DNA of 64,000 bases from NCBI GenBank assembly GCA_002189035.1, contig NEEC01000027.1, positions 636,451-700,450 on the forward strand, in the 5' to 3' direction. A model generated the notes under the pieces. The model was not told the DNA's origin, searched no databases, and worked only from the letters and a program-made list of their open reading frames with translations. This DNA comes from Utricularia gibba (lineage: Eukaryota; Plantae; Magnoliophyta). The translations under genes were made by a program, and so were the position numbers. Positions 1 to 12,100 of the stretch are shown here, piece by piece (positions within the stretch are counted from its first letter, which is position 1; each line of letters opens with the position of its first letter).

Positions 1-5
1 TGTAA

Positions 6-300
6 GGGATCACCTCAAAAATGAAAATTTCACACCTTCCAATGAAATCCATATGTTTTACAAACGAGAAATCACATTCGCGTCGAATCGGAAGCCCCGA
101 GTCGAATTATCGCGAACGTCATGGCAACTTTGTGGCACAATTGAAGGCTAATATAAGGAATAATTCGAGCTCTGATAAATCGTCGGACGACGAAGCTTCC
201 ATCACGGATGATGACCGCCTCGGAATGAGCTTCGAAACGGTGTTGTCGTGCGCAACGCGGGTAATCACGGTTTTGAAGATATCGACAAAATTCCATCACG
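6..300 (+). repeat. Truncated subtype-A monomer joined directly to a second A monomer body
   Basis: After ATCGACAAAA (281-290) the usual ~75 bp A tail is replaced by TTCCATC and runs straight into ACGAAAATTTCAC, followed by A-diagnostic TCCATATGTTTTACAAACGAG again. Anchor spacing is 278 instead of ~346. Confidence 0.85.
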
Positions 301-610
301 AAAATTTCACACCTTCCAATGAAATCCATATGTTTTACAAACGAGAAATCACATTCGCGTCGAATCGGAAGCCCCGAGTCGAATTATCGCGAACGTCATG
401 GCAACTTTGTGGCACAATTGAAGGCTAATATAAGGAAATAATTCGAGCTCTGATAAATCGTCGGACGACGAAGCTTCCATCACGGATGATGAACCTCGGA
501 ATGAGCTTCGAAACGGTGTGTGTGCGCAACGCGGGTAATCACGGTTTTGAAGATATCGACAAAATACGGAATGGTGCACGAGGTCTACATCAGGTGTGGG
601 TTGAAAACAC

Positions 611-956
611 CCGTGGCATTGTAAGGGATCGCCTCGAAAACGAAAATTTCACACCTTCCAATGAAATGCATATGTATTGCATGCGCGAAATCCCATTCCT
701 GTCGAATCGGAAGTCCCGAGTCAAACCATCGCGAACGTCGTGGCCACTTTGTGGCACAATTGAAGGCTAATAGAAGGCAATAATTCGAGCTCTGATACAT
801 TGTCGGACGACAAAGCTTCCAACACGGAAGATGACCGGCTCAGAATGAGCTTTGAAACGGTATCCTGTGCGTAGCGTGACTTATCACGGTTTGCAAGATA
901 TCGACAAGATATTGAACGAGGCACGAGGCATGCATCATGTGTGCGTAGGAACACAC
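611..956 (+). repeat. Representative monomer (subtype B), 346 bp
   Basis: CCGTGGCATTGTAAGGGATC at 611 recurs at 957 (period 346). Hand count: 80 C, 85 G (47.7% GC), 26 CpG. Confidence 0.97.
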
Positions 957-3900
957 CCGTGGCATTGTAAGGGATCGCTCGAAAACAAAAATTTCACACC
1001 TTCCAATGAAATGCATATGCTTTGCATGCGAGAAATCCCATTCCTGTCGAATCGGAAGTCCCGAGTCACACCATCGCGAACGTCGTGGCCACTTTGTGGC
1101 ACAATTGAAGGCTAATAGAAGGCAATAATTAGAGCTCTGATACATCGTCGGATTACGAAGCTTCCAACACGGAAGATGCTCGGCTAAGAATGAGCTTTGA
1201 AACGTCATGCCGTGCGCAGCGTGACTCATCACGGTTTGCAAGATATCGACAAGATATTGAACGAGGCACGAGGCATGCATCAGGTGTGCGTAAGAACACA
1301 CCCGTAGCATTGTAAGGGATCGCCTCGAAAACGAAAATTTCACACCTTCCAATGAAATGCATATGTTTTGCATGCGAGAAATCCCATTCCTGTCGAATCG
1401 GAAGTCCCGAGTCAACCATCGCGAACGTCGTGGCCACTTTGTGGCACAATTGAAGGCTAATAGAAGGCAATAATTCGAGCTCTGATACATTGTCGGACGA
1501 CAAAGCTTCCAACACGGAAGATGACCGGCTCAGAATGAGCTTTGAAACGGTATCCTGTGCGTAGCGTGACTCATCACGGTTTGCAAGATATCGACAAGAT
1601 ATTGAACGGGCAAGAGGCATGCATCAGTTGTGCGTATGAACACACCCGTGGCATTGTAAGGGATCACCTCAAAAATGAAAATTTCACACCTTCCAATGAA
1701 ATCCATATGTTTACAAACGAGAAATCACATTCGCGTCGAATCGGAAGCCCGAGTCGAATTATCGCGAACGTCATGGCAACTTGTGGCACAATTGAAGGCT
1801 AATATAAGGAAATAATTCGAGCTCTGATAAATCGTCGGACGACGAAGCTTCCATCACGGATGATGACCGCCTCGGAATGAGCTTCGAAACGGTGTGTCGT
1901 GCGCAACGCGGGTAATCACGGTTTTGAAGATATCGACAAAATACGGAATGGTGCACGAGGTCTACATCAGGTGTGGGTTGGAAAACACCCGTGGCATTGT
2001 AAGGGATCGCCTCGAAAACGAAAATTTCACACCTTCCAATGAAATCCATATGTCTTGATAGCGAGAAATCACATTCACGTTGAATCGGAAGTCCCGAGTC
2101 GCATCGTCGCGAACGTCGTGGCCAATTTGGGGCACAATTGAAGGCTAACATACGACAATAATTCGAGCTCTGATACATCGTCGGATGACAAAGCTTCCAA
2201 CACGGAAGATGACCGCCTCGAATGAGCTTCGAAACGGTGTGTCGTGCGCTACGTGGCTCATCACGGTTTTCAAGATATCGATAAAATACGAATGGTGCAC
2301 GAGGCATGCATCATGTGTGCGTAGGAACACACCCGTGGCTTTGTAAGGGATCGCGTCGAAAACAAAATTTCACACCTTCCAATGAAATGCATATGTTTTG
2401 CATGCGAGAAATCCATTCCTGTCGAATCGGAAGTCCCGAGTCAAACCATGGCGAACGTCGTGGCCACTTTGTGGCACAATTGAAGGCTAATAGAAGGCAA
2501 TAATTCGAGCTCTGATACATTGTCGGACGACAAAGCTTCCAACACGGAAGATGACCGGCTCAGAATGAGCTTTGAAACGGTATCCTGTGCGTAGCGTGAC
2601 TTATCACGGTTTGCAAGATATCGACAAGATATTGAACGAGGCACGAGGCATGCATCATGTGTGCGTAGGAACACACCCGTGGCATTGTAAGGGATCGCGT
2701 CGAAAACAAAAATTTCACACCTTCCAATGAAATGCATATGCTTTGCATGCGAGAAATCCCATTCCTGTCGAATCGGAAGTCCCGAGTCACGCCATCGCGA
2801 ACGTCGTGGCCACTTTGTGGCACAATTGAAGGCTAATAGAAGGCAATAATTAGAGCTCTGATACATCGTCGGATTACGAAGCTTCCAACACGGAAGATGC
2901 TCGGCTAAGAATGAGCTTTGAAACGTCATGCCGTGCGCAGCGTGACTCATCACGGTTTGCAAGATATCGACAAGATATTGAACGAGGCACGAGGCATGCA
3001 TCAGGTGTGCGTAAGAACACACCCGTGGCATTGTAAGGGATCGCCTCGAAAACGAAAATTTCACACCTTCCAATGAAATGCATATGTATTGCATGCGCGA
3101 AATCCCATTCCTGTCGAATCGGAAGTCCCGAGTCAAAGCATCGCGAACGTCGTGGCCACTTTGTGGCACAATTGAAGGCTAATAGAAGGCAATAATTCGA
3201 GCTCTGATACATTGTCGGACGACAAAGCTTCCAACACGGAAGATGACCGGCTTTGAATGAGCTTTGAAACGGTATCCTGTGCGTAGCGTGACTTATCACG
3301 GTTTGCAAGATATCGACAAGATATTGAACGAGGCACGAGGCATGCATCATGTGTGCGTAGGAACACACCCGTGGCATTGTAAGGGATCGCTCGAAAACAA
3401 AAATTTCACACCTTCCAATGAAATGCATATGCTTTGCATGCGAGAAATCCCATTCCTGTCGAATCGGAAGTCCCGAGTCACACCATCGCGAACGTCGTGG
3501 CCACTTTGTGGCACAATTGAAGGCTAATAGAAGGCAATAATTAGAGCTCTGATACATCGTCGGACGACGAAGCTTCCAACACGGAAGATGCTCGGCTAAG
3601 AATGAGCTTTGAAACGTCATGCCGTGCGCAGCGTGACTCATCACGGTTTGCAAGATATCGACAAGATATTGAACGAGGCACGAGGCATGCATCAGGTGTG
3701 CGTAAGAACACACCCGTCGCATTGTAAGGGATCGCCTCGAAAACGAAAATTTCACACCTTCCAATGAAATGCATATGTATTGCATGCGAGAAATCCCATT
3801 CCTGTCGAATCGGAAGTCCCGAGTCACACCATCGCGAACGTCGTGGCCACTTTGTGGCACAATTGAAGGCTAATAGAAGGCAATAATTAGAGCTCTGATA

Positions 3901-4417
3901 CATCGTCGGATTACGAAGCTTCCAACACGGAAGATGCTCGGCTAAGAATGAGCTTTGAAACGTATGCCGTGCGCAGCGTGACTCATCACGGTTTGCAAGA
4001 TATCAACAAGATATTGAACGAGGCACGAGGCATGCATCATGTGTGCGTAGGAACACACCCGTGGCATTGTAAGGGATCGCGTCGAAAACGAAAATTTCAC
4101 ACCTTCCAATGAAATGCATATGTTTTGCATGCGAGAAATCACATTCGCATCGAATCGGAAGTCCCGAGTCGCATCGTCGCGAACGTCGTGGCCAATTTGG
4201 GGCACAATTGAAGGCTAAAATACGGCAATAATTCGAGCTCTGATACATCGTCGGACGACAAAGCTTCCAACACGGAAGATGACCGGCTCAGAATGAGATT
4301 TAAAACGTCATGCTGTGCGCAGCGTGACTCATCACGGTTTGCAAGATATTGCAAGATATTGAACGCGGCACGAAGCATGCATCAGTTGTGCGTATGAACA
4401 CACCCGTGGCATTGTAA

Positions 4418-6146
4418 GGGATCACCTCAAAAATGAAAATTTCACACCTTCCAATGAAATCCATATGTTTTACAAACGAGAAATCACATTCGCGTCGAAT
4501 CGGAAGCCCCGAGTCGAATTATCGCGAACGTCATGGCAACTTTGTGGCACAATTGAAGGCTAATATAAGGAAATAATTCGAGCTCTGATAAATCGTCGGA
4601 CGACGAAGCTTCCATCACGGATGATGACCGCCTCGGAATGAGCTTCGAAACGGTGTGTCGTGCGCAACGCGGGTAATCACGGTTTTGAAGATATCGACAA
4701 AATACGGAATGGTGCACGAGGTCTACATTAGGTGTGGGTTGAAAAACACCCGTGGCATTGTAAGGGATCGCCTCGAAAACGAAAATTTCACACCTTCCAA
4801 TGAAATGCATATGTATTGCATGCGCGAAATCCCATTCCTGTCGAATCGGAAGTCCCGAGTCAAACCATCGCGAACGTCGTGGCCACTTTGTGGCACAATT
4901 GAAGGCTAATAGAAGGCAATAATTCGAGCTCTGATACATTGTCGGACGACAAAGCTTCCAACACGGAAGATGACCGGCTTAGAATGAGCTTTGAAACGGT
5001 ATCCTGTGCGTAGCGTGACTTATCACGGTTTGCAAGATATCGACAAGATATTGAACGAGGCACGAGGCATGCATCATGTGTGCGTAGGAACACACCCGTG
5101 GCATTGTAAGGGATCGCGTCGAAAACAAAAATTTCACACCTTCCAATGAAATGCATATGCTTTGCATGCGAGAAATCCCATTCCTGTCGAATCGGAAGTC
5201 CCGAGTCACACCATCGCGAACGTCGTGGCCACTTTGTGGCACAATTGAAGGCTAATAGAAGGCAATAATTAGAGCTCTGATACATCGTCGGATTACGAAG
5301 CTTCCAACACGGAAGATGCTCGGCTAAGAATGAGCTTTGAAACGTCATGCCGTGCGCAGCGTGACTCATCACGGTTTGCAAGATATCGACAAGATATTGA
5401 ACGAGGCACGAGGCATGCATCAGGTGTGCGTAAGAACACACCCGTCGCATTGTAAGGGATCGCCTCGAAAACGAAAATTTCACACCTTCCAATGAAATGC
5501 ATATGTATTGCATGCGAGAAATCCCATTCCTGTCGAATCGGAAGTCCCGAGTCACACCATCGCGAACGTCGTGGCCACTTTGTGGCACAATTGAAGGCTA
5601 ATAGAAGGCAATAATTAGAGCTCTGATACATCGTCGGACGACGAAGCTTCCAACACGGAAGATGCTCGGCTAAGAATGAGCTTTGAAACGTCATGCCGTG
5701 CGCAGCGTGACTCATCACGGTTTGCAAGATATCAACAAGATATTGAACGAGGCACGAGGCATGCATCATGTGTGCGTAGGAACACACCCGTGGCATTGTA
5801 AGGGATCGCGTCGAAAACGAAAATTTCACACCTTCCAATGAAATGCATATGTTTTGCATGCGAGAAATCACATTCGCATCGAATCGGAAGTCCCGAGTCG
5901 CATCGTCGCGAACGTCGTGGCCAATTTGGGGCACAATTGAAGGCTAAAATACGGCAATAATTCGAGCTCTGATACATCGTCGGACGACAAAGCTTCCAAC
6001 ACGGAAGATGACCGGCTCAGAATGAGATTTAAAACGTCATGCTGTGCGCAGCGTGACTCATCACGGTTTGCAAGATATTGCAAGATATTGAACGCGGCAC
6101 GAAGCATGCATCAGTTGTGCGTATGAACACACCCGTGGCATTGTAA
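4418..6146 (+). repeat. 5-mer HOR unit A-B-C-D-E (1729 bp)
   Basis: The A-diagnostic GGGATCACCTCAAAAATG occurs at 4418 and 6147. Between them are B (GTATTGCATGCGCG, CAAACCATCG), C (GCTTTGC, TTAGAGC, GGATTACG), D, and E (CCAATTTGGGG, GAGATTTAAAA, GCAAGATATTGCAAG). Confidence 0.9.
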
Positions 6147-9100
6147 GGGATCACCTCAAAAATGAAAATTTCACACCTTCCAATGAAATCCATATGTTTT
6201 ACAAACGAGAAATCACATTCGCGTCGAATCGGAAGCCCCGAGTCGAATTATCGCGAACGTCATGGCAACTTTGTGGCACAATTGAAGGCTAATATAAGGA
6301 AATAATTCGAGCTCTGATAAATCGTCGGACGACGAAGCTTCCATCACGGATGATGACCGCCTCGGAATGAGCTTCGAAACGGTGTGTCGTGCGCAACGCG
6401 GGTAATCACGGTTTTGAAGATATCGACAAAATACGGAATGGTGCACGAGGTCTACATCAGGTGTGGGTTGGAAAACACCCGTGGCATTGTAAGGGATCGC
6501 CTCGAAAACGAAAATTTCACACCTTCCAATGAAATGCATATGTATTGCATGCGCGAAATCCCATTCCTGTCGAATCGGAAGTCCCGAGTCAAACCATCGC
6601 GAACGTCGTGGCCACTTTGTGGCACAATTGAAGGCTAATAGAAGGCAATAATTCGAGCTCTGATACATTGTCGGACGACAAAGCTTCCAACACGGAAGAT
6701 GACCGCCTCCGAATGAGCTTCGAAACGGTGTGTCGTGCGCTACGTGGCTCATCACGGTTTTCAAGATATCGATAAAATACAGAATGGTGCACGAGGCATG
6801 CATCATGTGTGCGTAAGAACACACCCGTGGCATTGTAAGGGATCGCCTCGAAAACAAAAATTTCACACCTTCCAATGAAATGCATATGTTTGCATGCGAG
6901 AAATCCCATTCCTGTCGAATCGGAAGTCCCGAGTCAAACCATCGCGAACGTCGTGGCCACTTTGTGGCACAATTGAAGGCTAATAGAAGGCAATAATTCG
7001 AGCTCTGATACATTGTCGGACGACAAAGCTTCCAACACGGAAGATGACCGGCTCAGAATGAGCTTTGAAACGGTATCCTGTGCGTAGCGTGACTTATCAC
7101 GGTTTGCAAGATATCGACAAGATATTGAACGAGGCACGAGGCATGCATCATGTGTGCGTAGGAACACACCCGTGGCATTGTAAGGGATCGCGTCGAAAAC
7201 AAAAATTTCACACCTTCCAATGAAATGCATATGCTTTGCATGCGAGAAATCCCATTCCTGTCGAATCGGAAGTCCCGAGTCACGCCATCGCGAACGTCTG
7301 GCCACTTTGTGGCACAATTGAAGGCTAATAGAAGGCAATAATTAGAGCTCTGATACATCGTCGGATTACGAAGCTTCCAACACGGAAGATGCTCGGCTAA
7401 GAATGAGCTTTGAAACGTCATGCCGTGCGCAGCGTGACTCATCACGGTTTGCAAGATATCGACAAGATATTGAACGAGGCACGAGGCATGCATCATGTGT
7501 GCGTAGGAACACACCCGTGGCATTGTAAGGGATCGCTCGAAAACAAAAATTTCACACCTTCCAATGAAATGCATATGTTTGCATGCGAGAAATCCCATTC
7601 CTGTCGAATCGGAAGTCCCGAGTCACACCATCGCGAACGTCGTGGCCACTTTGTGGCACAATTGAAGGCTAATAGAAGGCAATAATTCGAGCTCTGATAC
7701 ATCGTCGGATTACGAAGCTTCCAACACGGAAGATGCTCGGCTAAGAATGAGCTTTGAAACGTCATGCCGTGCGCAGCGTGACTCATCACGGTTTGCAAGA
7801 TATCGACAAGATATTGAACGAGGCACGAGGCATGCATCAGGTGTGCGTAAGAACACACCCGTGCATTGTAAGGGATCGCCTCGAAAACGAAAATTTCACA
7901 CCTTCCAATGAAATGCATATGTATTGCATGCGAGAAATCCCATTCCTGTCGAATCGGAAGTCCGAGTCACACCATCGCGAACGTCGTGGCCACTTTGTGG
8001 CACAATTGAAGGCTAATAGAAGGCAATAATTCGAGCTCTGATACATTGTCGGACGACAAAGCTTCCAACACGGAAGATGACCGGCTCAGAATGAGCTTTG
8101 AAACGGTATCCTGTGCGTAGCGTGACTCATCACGGTTTGCAAGATATCGACAAGATATTGAACGAGGCAAGAGGCATGCATCATGTGTGCGTAGGAACAC
8201 ACCCGTGGCATTGTAAGGGATCGCGTCGAAAACGAAATTTTCACACCTTCCAATGAAATGCATATGTTTTGCAAGCGAGAAATCACATTCGCGTCGAATC
8301 GGAAGTCCCGAGTCGCATCGTCGCGAACGTTGTGGCCAATTTGGGGCACAATTGAAGGCTAAAATACGGCAATAATTCGAGCTCTGATACATCGTCGGAC
8401 GACAAAGCTTCCAACACGGAAGATGACCGGCTCAGAATGAGATTTAAAACGTCATGCTGTGCGCAGCGTGACTCATCACGGTTTGCAAGATATTGCAAGA
8501 TATTGAACGCGGCACGAAGCATGCATCAGTTGTGCGTATGAACACACCCGTGGCATTGTAAGGGATCACCTCAAAAATGAAAATTTCACACCTTCCAATG
8601 AAATCCATATGTTTTACAAACGAGAAATCACATTCGCGTCGAATCGGAAGCCCGAGTCGAATTATCGCGAACGTCATGGCAACTTTGTGGCACAATTGAA
8701 GGCTAATATAAGGAAATAATTCGAGCTCTGATAAATCGTCGGACGACGAAGCTTCCATCACGGATGATGACCGCCTCGGAATGAGCTTCGAAACGGTGTG
8801 TCGTGCGCAACGCGGGTAATCACGGTTTTGAAGATATCGACAAAATACGGAATGGTGCACGAGGTCTACATCAGGTGTGGGTTGGAAAACACCCGTGGCA
8901 TTGTAAGGGATCGCCTCGAAAACGAAAATTTCACACCTTCCAATGAAATGCATATGTATTGCATGCGCGAAATCCCATTCCTGTCGAATCGGAAGTCCCG
9001 AGTCAAACCATCGCGAACGTCGTGGCCACTTTGTGGCACAATTGAAGGCTAATAGAAGGCAATAATTCGAGCTCTGATACATTGTCGGACGACAAAGCTT

Positions 9101-12100
9101 CCAACACGGAAGATGACCGGCTCAGAATGAGCTTTGAAACGGTATCCTGTGCGTAGCGTGACTTATCACGGTTTGCAAGATATCGACAAGATATTGAACG
9201 AGGCACGAGGCATGCATCATGTGTGCGTAGGAACACACCCGTGGCATTGTAAGGGATCGCGTCGAAAACAAAAATTTCACACCTTCCAATGAAATGCATA
9301 TGCTTTGCATGCGAGAAATCCCATTCCTGTCGAATCGGAAGTCCCGAGTCACACCATCGCGAACGTCGTGGCCACTTTGTGGCACAATTGAAGGCTAATA
9401 GAAGGCAATAATTAGAGCTCTGATACATCGTCGGATTACGAAGCTTCCAACACGGAAGATGCCGGCTAAGAATGAGCTTTGAAACGTCATGCCGTGCGCA
9501 GCGTGACTCATCACGGTTTGCAAGATATCGACAAGATATTGAACGAGGCACGAGGCATGCATCAGGTGTGCGTAAGAACACACCCGTGCATTGTAAGGGA
9601 TCGCCTCGAAAACGAAAATTTCACACCTTCCAATGAAATGCATATGTATTGCATGCGCGAAATCCCATTCCTGTCGAATCGGAAGTCCCGAGTCAAACAT
9701 CGCGAACGTCGTGGCCACTTTGTGGCACAATTGAAGGCTAATAGAAGGCAATAATTCGAGCTCTGATACATTGTCGGACGACAAAGCTTCCAACACGGAA
9801 GATGACCGGCTTAGAATGAGCTTTGAAACGGTATCCTGTGCGTAGCGTGACTTATCACGGTTTGCAAGATATCGACAAGATATTGAACGAGGCACGAGGC
9901 ATGCATCATGTGTGCGTAGGAACACACCCGTGGCATTGTAAGGGATCGCGTCGAAAACAAAATTTCACACCTTCCAATGAAATGCATATGCTTTGCATGC
10001 GAGAAATCCCATTCCTGTCGAATCGGAAGTCCCGAGTCACACCATCGCGAACGTCGTGGCCACTTTGTGGCACAATTGAAGGCTAATAGAAGGCAATAAT
10101 TAGAGCTCTGATACATCGTCGGATTACGAAGCTTCCAACACGGAAGATGCTCGGCTAAGAATGAGCTTTGAAACGTCATGCCGTGCGCAGCGTGACTCAT
10201 CACGGTTTGCAAGATATCGACAAGATATTGAACGAGGCACGAGGCATGCATCAGGTGTGCGTAAGAACACACCCGTGCATTGTAAGGGATCGCCTCGAAA
10301 ACGAAAATTTCACACCTTCCAATGAAATGCATATGTATTGCATGCGAGAAATCCCATTCCTGTCGAATCGGAAGTCCGAGTCACACCATCGCGAACGTCG
10401 TGGCCACTTTGTGGCACAATTGAAGGCTAATAGAAGGCAATAATTCGAGCTCTGATACATTGTCGGACGACAAAGCTTCCAACACGGAAGATGACCGGCT
10501 CAGAATGAGCTTTGAAACGGTATCCTGTGCGTAGCGTGACTCATCACGGTTTGCAAGATATCGACAAGATATTGAACGAGGCACGAGGCATGCATCATGT
10601 GTGCGTAGGAACACACCCGTGGCATTGTAAGGGATCGCGTCGAAAACGAAATTTCACACCTTCCAATGAAATGATATGTTTTGCAAGCGAGAAATCACAT
10701 TCGCGTCGAATCGGAAGTCCCGAGTCGCATCGTCGCGAACGTCGTGGCCAATTTGGGGCACAATTGAAGGCTAAAATACGGCAATAATTCGAGCTCTGAT
10801 ACATCGTCGGACGACAAAGCTTCCAACACGGAAGATGACCGGCTCAGAATGAGATTTAAAACGTCATGCTGTGCGCAGCGTGACTCATCACGGTTTGCAA
10901 GATATTGCAAGATATTGAACGCGGCACGAAGCATGCATCAGTTGTGCGTATGAACACACCCGTGGCATTGTAAGGGATCACCTCAAAAATGAAAATTTCA
11001 CACCTTCCAATGAAATCCATATGTTTTACAAACGAGAAATCACATTCGCATCGAATCGGAAGCCCGAGTCGAATTATCGCGAACGTCATGGCAACTTTGT
11101 GGCACAATTGAAGGCTAATATAAGGAAATAATTCGAGCTCTGATAAATCGTCGGACGACGAAGCTTCCATCACGGATGATGACCGCCTCGGAATGAGCTT
11201 CGAAACGGTGTGTCGTGCGCAACGCGGGTAATCACGGTTTTGAAGATATCGACAAAATACGGAATGGTGCACGAGGTCTACATCAGGTGTGGGTTGGAAA
11301 ACACCCGTGGCATTGTAAGGGATCGCCTCGAAAACGAAAATTTCACACCTTCCAATGAAATGCATGCGCGAAATCCCATTCCTGTCGAATCGGAAGTCCC
11401 GAGTCAAACCATCGCGAACGTCGTGGCCACTTTGTGGCACAATTGAAGGCTAATAGAAGGCAATAATTCGAGCTCTGATACATTGTCGGACGACAAAGCT
11501 TCCAACACGGAAGATGACCGGCTCAGAATGAGCTTTGAAACGGTATCCTGTGCGTAGCGTGACTTATCACGGTTTGCAAGATATCGACAAGATATTGAAC
11601 GAGGCACGAGGCATGCATCATGTGTGCGTAGGAACACACCCGTGGCATTGTAAGGGATCGCGTCGAAAACGAAAATTTCACACCTTCCAATGAAATGCAT
11701 ATGTTTTGCATGCGAGAAATCATTCGCATCGAATCGGAAGTCCCGAGTCGCATCGTCACGAACGTCGTGGCCAATTTGGGGCACAATTGAAGGCTAAAAT
11801 ACGGCAATAATTCGAGCTCTGATACATCGTCGGACGACAAAGCTTCCAACACGGAAGATGACCGGCTCAGAATGAGATTTAAACGTCATGCTGTGCGCAG
11901 CGTGACTCATCACGGTTTGCAAGATATTGCAAGATATTGAACGCGGCACGAAGCATGCATCAGTTGTGCGTATGAACACACCCGTGGCATTGTAAGGGAT
12001 CACCTCAAAAATGAAAATTTCACACCTTCCAATGAAATCCATATGTTTTACAAACGAGAAATCACATTCGCGTCGAATCGGAAGCCCCGAGTCGAATTAT

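Noticed and set aside
611-956. 5S rDNA, tRNA or snRNA tandem gene array
   Set aside because: I found no recognisable 5S, tRNA cloverleaf, A/B box or snRNA sequence in the monomer on either strand.
611-956. CENP-B box (TTCGNNNNANNCGGG)
   Set aside because: The closest candidates (TTCGCGTCGAATCGGA in subtypes A/E, and CCCGAGT... read on the minus strand) fail the required spacing or bases.
611-956. Ancient internal ~173 bp dimer within the monomer
   Set aside because: Only short motifs recur (CATTGT at offset 181, CTTCCAA at offset 161). The offsets are inconsistent and I could not align the halves; a self-alignment of the consensus would be needed to settle it.
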